In this document: one piece after another, positions 29,202 to 42,400 of the stretch
How the letters are laid out: each line of letters starts with the position of its first letter
How positions within the stretch are numbered: position 1 is the first letter of the stretch
Assembly: GCA_017499595.2 (NCBI GenBank)
Contig: CM038998.1
Coordinates: 3,968,001 to 4,032,000 of the forward strand
DNA: 64,000 nucleotides
Reading direction: 5' to 3'
DNA from: Psilocybe cubensis
Taxonomy: Eukaryota
Program-made: the position numbers and the translations under genes
The notes under the pieces: generated by a model
The model's input: only the letters and a program-made list of their open reading frames with translations
What the model was told of the DNA's origin: nothing
Databases searched by the model: none

Positions 29202-32200
29202 CTACGACCCCCCGGTTTTCGACCTAGTGCCCGACTTGAATTGACGCCCTGTCGTCAAAGTTCCTGGTGTTGGATTGTCTCCGGCATCTGAGCCACCGCC
29301 TGAGATAGGATCATCTTGCGTTTTCACGCGCTTACATCTTTGCCGGTCAAGAGTAGCTTCGATATCTTCGTTAGTCGGGCCTGGTCGAAAAGATTCTGAG
29401 GGTGCTGTCTGACCAATATTTGGATAGGGTCTCTTTCGACCTGGGATAAGAGAAGGAGCAACAGACACGGCTGGAGACCCTGGGGCGGTAGGGGCGTCCA
29501 TGGGTTCGACAGAGTTAGGGCCATCACCGGGGACGCTCGGTAGAAGAGGAGTGCCTTTGAAGGAATCGAGAAAATTCTGGAGTGGTTGGAAAGCGGAATG
29601 AAAGAGGTTTACAATGATAGCATAGGACAAAGGGTCTCTGAGCATATAACCCCTTTCACGTTCTGAATAAGCGATATTCATAGCTTCTCTGAGCGCGTCC
29701 ACAATGTACCTTAGAACTGAGATTGAAGGGAGCATGATACGTTGCAGATCTTGCGCGTTTTCGTCAGGATCCTCACAATAGGGCCGCAGAAAATTTAGCC
29801 TCGCAGAAGTAGGTACGTCGTTATGTTGAAAAATTTGTTTGGCCCACGTCCTGGAAGGTTGGTGGTCGACACGTGCAGTTAGAGACCACACTAAGACCCA
29901 CCAAAGCGACTCTAAATCATGTTGGAAGTTATAGACTACCGAGACAGCGGTCCGCTTGCGGTTCTTAGTCTGTTTCCGCTGGGTGAGATGTCTGAGCATT
30001 ACCTCCTTCAAGCCCCACACGCGCGATACTGCTTTGCTGTAGGTTTTTGTCTTAGGATAAAGATAGGTGTTTTGCATTATCTCGACAGGCATAAAGAAAG
30101 GAGTACCCTGGAATTTGGTTGAAACAGTAAGGCCAATAGAAGAGGAAAATAATAAAGTACCGTTTTGGGATCAACGCTACCTTCATGATCTTTAGGTAGC
30201 GGAAACTTCTTGGCATATTCAAAGTCTGACAGTTTAGCCCGCAAGACGGAGCCTACTTCATGGGCAAGAATGTTCCCCGAGCTTATATCTCTGTGTACCC
30301 AGCCAGCACAGTACAGGAGCGAAAGAGCTACAAAGTATACATAAGTAAATGTAGAAATTTAATCGAGGTTGGAGCTTACGAATAAGAGTTTGTTGGATCA
30401 CATCAAGCACCTCCCCCAAAGTCGGGAGATTACCCACGGGTTCGCAGACTTCTTTGAAGATGACGCGATATTGTTTACGGGGGGTAAATGTTCGCTTGCA
30501 TTGCTGTCCACTCTTTATAAAAGGTGTCGATCCCACCGATGGAATAGAATTTTCGTTCAAAGATGCGATCCTATTTGCATGGGCGTTCTGAAACAAGCGT
30601 GTGACGGGAGCACATCCCTCCAAAACAGCTTTGGATGGCTTGCCAGCATGATCACTTTCAATTTCGAGGAAATACTGTTTGTATTCGCCAGATTTAACGA
30701 GCTCGGCATTTCGCATCTTGATAGCATTGAGAGCATCCTGAGGAGAATCTTCAGGAGGATCCGATGCCAGGTTGTAATCTGGCTTATCGGGGTGACAGTA
30801 TTTTTCGATATCTGCAAAGATGGCCGTCTGGATCTCCTTTTCAGTGAGAGTATTTACGGAGAGCCAGACGTCTTTCAAGACGCAAGGCGGGCCAATTTTA
30901 TTGCCTTCAGAATCAACCCGATCGACCAACCATACACGCGCCATGCGACCAGAGATGTTGTTCGAGGGGTATTCAGAAAGTACCTTGACAGTGCGGTAGA
31001 ACTTGGCCGATTTCCCATCAGAACTGGGGATTTTGAAAGTGTACTGACGCTTTTTGCCTTCGACCAGAGTGACGTCGGGATTGTAGCCGAGTTCTTCGTC
31101 TGTTGCAAATAGAAATGATAGGAACACCTTGACAAGTAATCTGGGATTCTAAAGTGATTATTAAATCAGTAATGTTGGCCAATTCAAAAGAACCACACCA
31201 GCGTACCTCGACAAAGTTAAATTGTCTCGAAACAGCAGAATGAGAGCGACAGTGATACCACAGCGTCGCCTTATCGCCTTCAAACGTCATCTGAAACCAA
31301 TAAAAGTGAGAAATATTCCGTTTTGCAGAGTCTGTTTCTACGTACCCCATAGGTGAACATTCGCCGCACGTCATCGTTCATGATTTGAACATTTGCTGAT
31401 ACTACCCGACGGTTGTTCTTAAAGGAAAGGTCGGCAAAAAGCATGTGTAAAAGTGTTGCATAACACTTACTGAATCCCTGTCGGCGGCGGAGACGTTCTG
31501 CTCAATAGGTACAGCAATATACTTGGTGTGGAAATCACTTCCTCCATTGGAAAAGCAGGCATCTATCCTGCTTTTAGAGTTCCCTATATCCGATGAAATG
31601 ACTGCCTGCGGACAATGGAGATACTGGAAATTGTTGCGAGCCCTGCCGTCACATGTCTCGCTATAGCTCCCAATGGCATCAGCAATAGTCTTCAAGGGAG
31701 CAAATACTGTCTTTTCCACAGAGCCGTGGCTACCAGGCCGTTTCATGTAGTCGGTGAATCGAAGACCAGGAGTATCCGGGTACCCAACCGTCGGCACAAC
31801 TTCCGACAATACGGGGTGGCCTGTGTTGTCGTCAAGTTTATGAAGTGGGTTAATCCGTGCGCATCGTCTAGGCGTTATAGGAGCCTGTTTGGGACGGAAA
31901 CCCTCACCAGCGTCCCCATTAGGAGCATAATCCTTGCAGAGAAGTCTCAGGACACATTCTTCAACAGCTGCTTCTGAAGGCTCAAATGGAAGGTAATGCT
32001 TGAAGAAAACATCGACGCTGCACTCGATGAACTCGTCATTCATTTCTAATGCGATTTGTGACCGAAGGGTGGAAAGATTTTCGGTTGTATTATCCGTGCA
32101 ATTGGTTTGGGGCGCTTTCGGGGGTCTATATGAAGTCTTGTCATGCTGAAGAACCACACACCTCGGCTCATTGGAGTCGGCATCCACTTTTGTTTCCAAA

Positions 32201-32409
32201 GCAGCATCTGCGTAAATCTTGGATGCTGTGACTCCTTTAGCGCTTGTAGAGTCATTTGAGCCGTTGTTGATGGCGTGTTCTACCACAAAGCCTGCATCAG
32301 GGGTGGTGCTAGTATATGTAATTGTTGAAGGTGCGGCAGCAATGGCACCGTCGTGATTTAAACCTGTTGCAGACAACGTGCTGGTAGAGGTACCCTCAGA
32401 GGTAGACAT
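29202..32409 (-). CDS. Fungal-type protein kinase (FunK1/Pkinase_fungal), copy 1, head A + tail X
   Basis: MNDDVRRMFTYG|MTFEGDKATLWYHCRS, VLKDVW, GWVHRDISSGNIL, KLSDFEYAK, T|GTPFFMPVE and YNFQHDLESLWWVL. Introns are conserved with the other copies. Confidence 0.85.
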
Positions 32410-32954
32410 AGGAAAGAATGAACGGGAATATTACTGTTATGTGCTGGATACTTATTCAAGGGGAGAGGAGACGCGTAGAGTTGCCAGTGCCTGTTTGGTT
32501 TAGTCTGAATCCCGTGACGGCGCAAACCAGGTGTCAACGAAATTTCTCGGTGTTTCTTGCCTCCTCCGACAGCGAGACAGTGAAATACCGTTTATGCCCA
32601 CTTTCAACGTTCCAGTTCTAATCATACCACCACAATGTATTTTGTTGGTTTATCTGTATTGTCGTTTTAAGTCACTGCTCTGACTTCATGTCAATGTAAT
32701 AAACTAGCTGAGGTCCAGGCGGTCGTTTCAATGGGGATAAGAGAAGGAGCAACAGACACTCAGCAGGTTGGGTTTCTTCCTTCCAAGTCCCTTCGATATT
32801 TTCGCTTTATTGCAGCTAGAACACTATCTGTGTTGAAGTGGTTAGCTATTGGTAAGACCCTCAACCTATTCCATTTCAAACTAAAAAGCCACTAAATCAA
32901 CTTGTCCTAATGTACAGTCATTATTAACAACTTTCTACACTTCACATCCACTCG

Positions 32955-33955
32955 TTACTTGGCTTGCACATTCTTCCCTTCCTTAAAGAATTCAAGCAGT
33001 GTGTGCTTCCCGACAAAGAGGCGGCCTTTTGCAGCGGCCTCCGCATCATTAAACACAGCCTCTTCAGTCCCTGTAGCCACATCTGCGTCCAAGGCTGCCA
33101 ATAATTTGGCATAATCGGCTGGAGCCCCGACTTGGGTGTACAAGGCCGCTTGTTCTTCGATAGTGTTGCGTTTGTAAGTGATCGTTCGGCCCAGCACAGA
33201 AGATATGATTTTTGCAGCCTGTTTTCAGAGGGATGATATGATTAGCACCAGTAGATTGCTGACAAGTGCAAGAAACTCACATCTTCGTAGGTGAGGAGCT
33301 CGGGACCCACGACGAAGATACTGTCGTTTGGACTTTTCTCCGCTGTTAAACCCTCGAATACCACTTGGGAGATATCCTCTGTCGAGACGAAAGGTACTTT
33401 CCCATCTTGCGCCGCTGAGAATATAGTGCTGAAATTCGTGATGCCCAAGTTATCAAAATTCTCTACAGGTTCAAAGCGGGAGGCAATGAATATACATGAT
33501 TAAAATTTGTCACTATAGGAGAGAGAAACGATGTGTTGCTTACGAATGAACCAAGTAGGCCTCACTACCACAAAGTCGACACCAGCATCAATCAACTGCT
33601 GATGCACGACACCAGCCGGGAACGGCGAGTTCGCATCTGGCCCAACGACAGTGGCCGACATCAGCGCGAAGCGCTTCACACCTTTCGATATTGCAAGCTC
33701 GACGAACTTGGTGTGCAACGCGACATCGGTGCTCGCAGGCGGGCCGACGATGTACACCTGGTCGACCGGGGGATCAGCGGTGTCGAACGCGGCTTCGTGC
33801 GTCGATGCGTCGTTCCAGTCGAATTTGACGGCTTTGAATGGCGCGGGGGCGACCCCTGTGCGTGTCGCGATGAGCACTGGGTAGTTCGCGGCGTGCAGAA
33901 GCTTTGCGAGGCCCAGTCCAGTCCTGCCAGTTCCGCCTGTGATGAGAGTGGTCAT
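32955..33955 (-). CDS. NmrA-like NAD(P)-binding atypical SDR (EasG/agroclavine-dehydrogenase-like family), three exons
   Basis: TLITGGTGRTG Rossmann motif, VKFDWND, GVKRFALMSA, VVVRPTWF|IENF, DGKVPFVSTEDI, GPELLTYED. Two GT-AG introns near 33464-33544 and 33220-33280. Confidence 0.88.
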
Positions 33956-34047
33956 GGTCGTAGGTTTTAACGTTGATGATATTGCTTGGTTTGCTTGGAG
34001 GTAGGGGCTGATGAAGATGGGGTTTAAATTGGCTTAAGCCAGATGTA

Positions 34048-34054
34048 TTTTATA
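34048..34054 (-). promoter_or_regulatory. Candidate TATA box (TATAAAA) of the NmrA-like gene
   Basis: Minus strand reads GCTATAAAATAC about 95 bp upstream of the ATG at 33955. Confidence 0.45.
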
Positions 34055-34855
34055 GCTCGCGGAGTGTGAGGCAAGCACAACATTTGCGCGATCGCGTTTA
34101 TGCGATGACAAATTCATATATGGTTCCGTTCTCAACAAGCTTCCCTGTCGGTTGAATTGCTCGATAAGCACGTAGGCCATACGACTGCGAATTGCATGAT
34201 CTTGATAAAACAAACAAACAAGCAACACTTGAAATGGAAACTAAACATCGACCATAGATTCCGCATGCGCAGAAGAGCATTTTATGTTCGTCACAACGTT
34301 TCCTGTCATCCGTATGCAACTCGCAGTTTCGTGGCTGTTACAGTCTGTTACAGTACCCTTTGCATGGCGCTCCGAGATGCAGACCTCGACGTCCGACCCC
34401 GGGCCCTCACGCTCAATCAAATCAAAAAGGCTTACTCACCCATCAACAGTTACGTCGAATTGATAGGAGAAGGTTGAAGCTGCGGTGAGAGTTGCCCAAA
34501 GCTTACAGATGCATCAGGTACTAATGAGTAATTGAGGGTGGATAATTTTAGATTTATCGGACTAAATGTGGATACCGTAGATACAACCCTTAGGCAGATT
34601 AAGCGCTGAGGGTACTCAAATAACTCAACTTCAAAGTCAATTGCCAACCATGCCATTGCACATTGGGAAAAGTTCAAGAAAAAACTGAGATTAATTGAGA
34701 TGCCTGCAAAGGGAGGTGTTGATGAGCATGTTGTGCAGGGTCAACTTGATGTGAAGCAAACTTTATTGCAGGAAATGGATATAGCGCATAAAATGATACA
34801 AAGTGGCGATATCAAAAGAGAGATTGAGGGTGTTATCTATCTGCATCGAGATGAA

Positions 34856-37800
34856 CTACGACCTCCCAGTTTTCGACCGAGTGCCCGACTTGGATCGGCG
34901 CCCTGTCGTCGAATTTCCCGGTGCTGCATTGCCTCCAGCATTTGAACCGCCGCCTGCGTTAGGATCATCCTGCGTCTTGATGCGCTTAGATCTTTGCCGT
35001 TCCAGGGTAGCTTCTACGTCTTCGTCGACCGGGCCCGGTTGAAAAGATTCTGAGGGTGCTGTCTGACCAGTATTTGGATTGGGTCTCTTTCGACTGGGGA
35101 TAAGAGAAGGAGCAACAGACACTGACGGAGCCCCTGGGGCAGTAGTGACGTCAACGGGTTGGACAGAGTTAGGGCCATCAACGGGGGCGCTCGGTAGAAG
35201 AGGAATGGATTTCAAGTAGTCCAAAGAATTCTGGAGTGTTTGGAAAGCGAAATGAAAGAGGTTTACAATGATAGCATAGGACAAAGGGTCTCTGAGCATA
35301 TTACCGCTTTCACGCTTTGAATAATCGATATCCATAGCGTCTCTGAGCGCGTCCACAAGGTAGCTTAGAACTGAGATTGAAGGGAGCATGATACGTTGCA
35401 GATCTTCCACGTGTTCGTCAGGATCCCCACGATAGGGCCGCAGAAAATTTAGCCTCGCAGAAGTAAGTACGTCGTCATGTTGAAAAATATCGTTGGCCCA
35501 CATCCTGGAAGGTTGGTGGTCGACACGTGCAGTTAGAGACCACACTAAGACCCACCAAAGCGACTCTAAATCATGTTGGAAGTTATAGACTACCGGGGTA
35601 GCAGTCGGTTTGCCGTTCGTAGTCTGATTGTCCTGGGTATGATGCCTGAGAATTGCCTCCTTCAAGTTCCCAACGAGCGATATTACTTTGTTGTGGTTTC
35701 TCGCCTTAGTATGAAGATAGGAGTTTCGCATTATCTCAACAGGCATAAAGAAAGGAGTACCCTGGAATTTTGTTGAGACAGTAAGGCCAATAGAAGAGCA
35801 AAATAATAAAATACCGTTTTGGGATCAACGTTGCCTTCATGATCTTCAGGTAGCGGAAACTTCTTGGCATATTCAAGGTCTGAAAGTTTAGCCCGCAAGA
35901 CGGAGCCTACTTCATGGGCAAGAATGTTCCCCGAGCTTATATCTCTGTGTACCCAGCCAGCACAGTACAGGAGCGAAAGAGCTACAAAGTATACATGAGT
36001 AAATGTAGAAATTTAATCGAGGTTGGAGCTTACGAATAAGAGTTTGTTGGATCACATCAAGCACCTTCCCCAAAGTCGGGAGATCACCCACGGGTTGGCA
36101 GACTTCTTTGAAGATGACGCGATACTGTTTACGGGGGGTATATGTTCTAATGGAAGGCTGACGAGTCTTTGACAAACCTGTCGATCCCACCGGTCGAATG
36201 GAATTTTCGTTCAAAGATGCAATCCTATTTGCATCGGCGTTCTGAAACAAGCCTGTGACGGGAGTACATCCCTCCAAAACATCTTTGGATGGCTTGCCAG
36301 CATGATCACTTTCAATTTCGAGGAAATACTGCTTGTACTCGCCAGATTTAACGAGCTCGGCATTTCGCATCTTGATAGCATTGAGAGCAGCCTGAGGAGA
36401 GTCTTCAGGAGGATCCGATGCCAGGTTGTAATCTGGCTTATCGGGATGACAGTATTTTTCGATATCTGCAAAGATGGCCGTCTGGATCTCCTTTTCAGTG
36501 AGAGCATTTACGGCAAGCCAGACGTCTTTCAAGATGCACTGCGGGCCAATCTTGTTGCCTTCAGAATCAACCTGATCCACCAACCATACACGAGCCATAC
36601 GACCAGAAATGTTGTTCGAGCGATATTCAGAGAGAACTTTGACAGTGCGGTAGAACTTGGCCGATTTCCCATCAGAACTGGGGATTTTGAAAGTGTACTG
36701 ACGCTTCTTGCCTTCGACCAGAGTGACGTCGGGATTGTAGCCGAGTTCTTCGTCTGTTGCAAATAGAAATGATAGGAACACCTTGACAAGTAATTTCGGA
36801 TTCTAGAGATTATTAGATCAGTAATATTCATCAATTGAAAAGAAGCACACGAGCATACCTCGACAAAGCTGAATTGTTTCGAAATAGCAGAATGGGAGCG
36901 ACAGTGATACCAAAGTGTTGCCTCATCGCCTTCAAAGGTCATCTAAGGTCAATGGAGGTCAAATTCTTTCCATTTTTCAGAGTCAGTTCTTATATACCCC
37001 ATAGGTGAACATACGCCGCACGTCATCGTTCATAATTTGAACATTTGCCGATACTACCTGACGGTTGTTCTTGAAGAAAAAATTGGCTAAAAGCATGTGC
37101 AAAAGGTTGCATGACACTTACTGAATCTCTGTTGGCACCGGAGATCTTTTGCTCAATAGGTACAACAATATACTTGGTGTGTAGGTCACTCCCTCCATTT
37201 GAAAAGCAGGCATCTATCTTATTGTTTGAGCCCCTTATGTCCGACGAAATGATTGTATCCTGGCAATTCAGATACTGAAAACTGTTGCGAGTCCTCCCGT
37301 CACAGGTCTCGCTGTAGCCTCCGACGGCATCAGCGATAGACTTCAAGGGGGCAAATAACGTCTTCTCCACTGCCTCTTGTTTACTAGGGCGTTCCATATA
37401 GTCGGTGAATCGAAGACTCGCAGTGGTTTCCTCCAGTATGATTTCCGACAATATCGGCTCTTCTTCGTTATAGACAGGTTTGTGAAGCGTCTTTAAGCGT
37501 GCGGATCGTCTGAGTGGTTCTGCGGCCTGTTGGACACTGGGGCAGCCTTCAATAGCATCGTTGGTGGGAGCAGGATCCTTTCCAAGAAGTCTCAAGATAC
37601 ATTCTTCGACAGCTACTTCAGAAGGCTCGAATGGAAGGTAATGCTTCAAGAAAACCTCGACGCTGCACTCGACGAATTCGTTATTCATTTCTAAGGCAAT
37701 CTGTGATCGAAGACTGGTGAGTTTCTCAGTTTTTCCATCCGTGCGATTGGCTCGGGGTGTTTCTGAGGGTCTTTGAGATTTCTCGTCATGCTCAAGGATG

Positions 37801-38110
37801 AACCAGTAATCGTTTAAGTTACACACCTCGGCTTATTGGAGTTGGCATCAGCTGGTGGGTTATTGGAATTGGTATCAGCTGTTGTTGCCAAAGTACCATT
37901 TGCGTTAGTCTCGGATGCTGTTGCCCCTTCAGCGCTTGTGGAGGCAACTGAACCATTGTGGGTGCTAGGTTCTTCCGCAGATCCTGCATCAGGGGTTTTG
38001 CAAATAGTGCTGGCATCTGCAAATGAGGCAGGTGTGGCAGCAATGACGCTATCGTGATCTGAACTGGTTGCGGGCATGGCGTTGCTACAGTCACCGTTGG
38101 AGGTAGACAT
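34856..38110 (-). CDS. Fungal-type protein kinase (FunK1), copy 2, head B + tail Y
   Basis: Same kinase motifs (ILKDVW, HRDISSGN, SDLEYAK, GTPFFMPVE, HDLESLWW). N-terminus MSTSNGDCSN; full-length tail. Confidence 0.85.
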
Positions 38111-39463
38111 GGAGAGAAGAGTTAACGTGGGGGCGCTATTGTGCTGGATCCTGATGTAGGAGTAGTATCAGAACATAGGTTTGTTATAAAGGTAGAGGAG
38201 ATGTACAGACTTGGCAGCGCCATTTCAACGCATTCACCTGGTCTGTGACGGTGTTATAGCTACTTTCATATCGATAGGCCTACTATAGGTGATCAGTTGT
38301 TCGGATTGGACATTCACTCGAATTGGTGTTCGCTTACCAGCAAAAATTATAACTCCGAATCGTGCCGACCATACGATCGCTTATAGAAATGCCATGCCGC
38401 TTAGTAACTCAGATTGATGTCTATGATGGGAGGTGATGGGAAGTCGGTTTGGACATTCATTCGTACTACCCATTTCGCATTCGTTTTCTGTAAAAAATTT
38501 TTACTTTCATGCAGATAGTATATATTAGAGCGTATGTACCAATTTTTATGAGGAACGGAGGACAGCACCTCGCTGTTCACAATGAGCTCAAAATAGAAAC
38601 ATAGCCGAAATGACTCAGTTCAAAGTCCGCCTGTATGTGTATATTTTCATTTTAGGTCTACAACTGTAACATATTCTCACGGTATGTTCATTGTCTTCCC
38701 GGCAACTTCCCGGCTTGCTTCCGATCGTTTAGATCTAAAAATAGCGAAGAGACAATGAACCGAGGACTGTTCAATTCTTTTGAGAAAAATGCAATGATGG
38801 TTTAGGACAAACGAAACCATGTTAAGTGGAATAGAAAGTTATCGCTCTTCACGTTAAAACTTCATTGAACTTTTATCTAAGAGTTGTGCAGGTACTTAAC
38901 ACTAAAGTTATATCCCCATGAAGACCACGCTTTGGAGAACCCTTTCCTGGCCCAGTAGCCCGGGGGTCCTCAACTTAAGTCGGTGAGATGGAAATAATCA
39001 AAAGCTTTGAATTCATATTTGGCGTTTGAATGCTTCCATCAAAATGGTCCTGGCCTTGGGATTTCCATTGTCCTCCTAAGTCGCCGGCTCTGCTTTCATG
39101 CCAATACATGCGGAGAAAGATTGATTGCGTCTTTGTTCGAGGAGAGAAATTCGCATGCACCGTCGTCTGAATCACTATGAGCCCTGAGGTTTAGACATAG
39201 AAATGCTTTGGCTTATAACCGCTGAGAAAAAAGTGGTGCCATCGTCAATGAATTTATTGATTAACATGCTAGCTACCAAATAGTATAAGGTATTATGATA
39301 TATGAACACTGTAGAAGTACGGCCTGTAAAACCACGAGATATCAAAAGAGATATCGAGGGCGTTATCTATCTGCATCGAGATGAACTACGACCTCCCAGT
39401 TTTCGACCGAGTGCCCGACTTGGATCGGCGCCCTGTCGTCGAATTTCCTGGCGTTGGATTGCC

Positions 39464-42400
39464 TCAGGCATTTGAGCCGCCGCCTGCGTCAGGATCATCG
39501 TGCGTTTTGATGCGCTTAGTTCTTTGCCGTTCGAAAGTAGCTTCGACATCTTCATCAGCCGGGCCTGGTTGAAAAGATTCTGAGGGTGCGGTCTGACCAA
39601 TATTTGGATTCGGTCTCTTTCGACTGGGAATAAGAGAAGGAGCAACAGACACTGATGGAGCCCCTGGGGCGGTAGTGGCGTCAACGGGTTGGACAGAGTT
39701 AGGGCCATCACCGTGGATGCTCGGTAGAAGAGGAGTGCCTTTCAAGTAGTCCAAAGAATTCTGGAGTGTTTGGAAAGCGAAATGAAAGAGGTTTACAATG
39801 ATAGCATAGGACAAAGGGTCTCTGAGCATATTACCGCTTTCACGCTTTGAATAATCGATATCCATAGCGTCTCTGAGCGCGTCCACAAGGTAGCTTAGAA
39901 CTGAGATTGAAGGGAGCATGATACGTTGCAGATCTTGCACGTTTTCGTCAGGATCCCCACGATAGGGCCGAAGAAAATTTAGCCTCGCAGTAGTAAGTAC
40001 GGCGTCATGTTGAAAAATATAGTTGGCCCACGTCCTGGAAGGTTGGTGGTCGACACGTGCAGTTAGAGACCACACTAAGACCCACCAAAGCGACTCTAAA
40101 TCATGTTGGAAGTTATAGACTACCGGGGTAGCAGTCGGTTTGCCGTTCGTAGTCTGATCGTACTGGGTATGATGCCTGAGCATTGCCTCCTTCAAGTTCC
40201 CAACTAGCGATATTACTTTGTTGTGGTTTCTCGCCTTAGTATAAAGATAGCAGTTTTGCATTATCTCGACAGGCATAAAGAAAAGAGTACCCTGAAATTT
40301 GGTTGAAACAGTAAGGCCAATAGAAGAGCAAAATAATAAAATACCATTTTGGGATCAACATTGCCTTCATAATCTTCAGGTAGTGGAAACTTCTTGGCAT
40401 ATTCAAGGTCTGAAAGTTTAGCCCGCAAGGCGGAGCCTACTTCATGGGCAAGAATGTTCCCCGAGCTTATATCTCTGTGTACCCAGCCAGCACAGTACAG
40501 GAGCGAAAGAGCTACAAAGTATACATGAGTAAATGTAGAAATTTAATCGAGGTTGGAGCTTACGAATAAGAGTTTGTTGGATCACATCAAGCACCTTCCC
40601 CAAAGTCGGGAGATCACCCACGGGTTGGCAGACTTCTTTGAAGATGACGCGATACTGTTTACGGGGGGTATATGTTCTAATGGAAGGCTGACGAGTCTTT
40701 GACAAACCTGTCGATCCCACCGGTCGAATGGAATTTTCGTTCAAAGATGCAATCCTATTTGCATCGGCGTTCTGAAACAAGCCTGTGACGGGAGTACATC
40801 CCTCCAAAACATCTTTGGATGGTTTACCAGCATGATCACTTTCAATTTCGAGGAAATACTGCTTGTAATCGCCAGACTTAACGAGCTCGGCATTTCGCAT
40901 CTTGATAGCATTGAGAGCAGCCTGAGGAGAGTCTTCAGGAGGATCCGATGCAAGGTTGTAATCTGGCTTATCGGGGTGACAGTATTTTTCGATATCTGCA
41001 AAGATGGCCGTCTGGATCTCTTTTTCAGTGAGAGCATTTACGCCAAGCCAGACGTCTTTCAAGACGCATGGCGGGCCAATCTTGTTGCCTTCAGAATCAA
41101 CCCGGTTGACCAACCATACACGCGCCAAACGACCAGAAATCTTGTTCGAGCGATATTCAGAAAGTACCTTGACAGTGCGGTAGAACTTGGCCGATTTCCC
41201 ATCAGAACTGGGGATTTTGAAAGTGTACTGACGCTTCTTGCATTCGACCGGAGTGACATTGGGATCGTAGCCGAGTTCCTCATCTGTTGCAAATAGAAAT
41301 GATAGGAAGACCTTGACGAGTAATCTGGGATTCTAGAGTGATTATTAAATCAGTAATGTTGGCCGATTCAAAAGAACCACACAAGCGTACCTCGACAAAG
41401 TTAAATTGTCTCGAGACAGCAGAATGAGAGCGACAGTGATACCACAGCGTTGCCTTATCGCCTTCAAACGTCATCTGAAAGCAATAAAAGTGAGAAATAT
41501 TCCGTTTTGCAGAGTCTGTTTCTACGTACCCCATAGGTGAACATTCGCCGCACGTCATCGTTCATGATTTGAATATTTGCTGATACTACCCGACGGTTGT
41601 TCTTAAAGGAAAGGTCGGCATAAAGCATGTGTAAAAGCGTTGCATCATACTTACTGAATCCCTGTTGGCGGCGGAGACGTTCTGTTCAATAGGTACAGCA
41701 ATATACTTGGTGTGTAAATCACTTCCTCCATTGGAAAAGCAGGCATCTATCCTGCTTTTAGAGTTCCCTATATCCGATGAAATGACTGTCTGCGGACAAT
41801 GGAGATACTGGAAATTGTTGCGAGCCCTGCCGTCACATGTCTCGCTATAGCTCCCAATGGCATCAGCAATAGTCTTTAAGGGAGCATATACTGTCTTTTC
41901 CACAGAGCCGTGGCTACCAGGCCGTTTCATGTAGTCGGTGAATCGAAGACCAGGAGTATCCGGGTACCCAACCGTCAGCACAACTTCCGACAATACGGGG
42001 TGGCCTGTGTTGTAGTCAAGTTTATGAAGTGGCTTAATTCGTGCGCATCGTCTAGGCGTTCTAGGTGCCTGTTTGGGACGGAAACATTCACCAGCGTCGC
42101 CATTAGATGCATGATCCTTGCGGAGAAGTCTCAGGACACATTCTTCAACAGCTGCTTCTGAAGGCTCAAATGGAAGGTAATGCTTGAAGAAAACATCGAC
42201 GTTGCACTCGATGAACTCGTCATTCATTTCTAATGCGATTTGTGACCGAAGGGTGGAAAGATTTTCGGTTGTATTATCCGCGCAATTGGTTTGGGGCGCT
42301 TTCGGGGGTCTATATGAAGTCTTGTCACGGTGAAGGAAGAAAGAGCAATGGTAGAAGCCACACACCTCGGCTCATTGGAGTCGGCATCCACTTTCGTTGC

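Noticed and set aside
30369-31112. Long plus-strand ORFs antisense to the kinase central exon (also 36302-36766, 40832-41296, 46357-47106, 50333-51076)
   Set aside because: Shadow frames repeated only because the sense gene is duplicated. Lengths vary between copies and no motifs are recognisable.
32955-33955. Ergot alkaloid or other secondary-metabolite cluster
   Set aside because: Only an EasG-like fold is present; no backbone enzyme or tailoring genes in the window.
40442-41310. Copy 3 central ORF looks 5'-truncated in the ORF track
   Set aside because: The frame is open upstream (KVFLSFLFATDEELGY); only the alternative start codon the tool used is missing.
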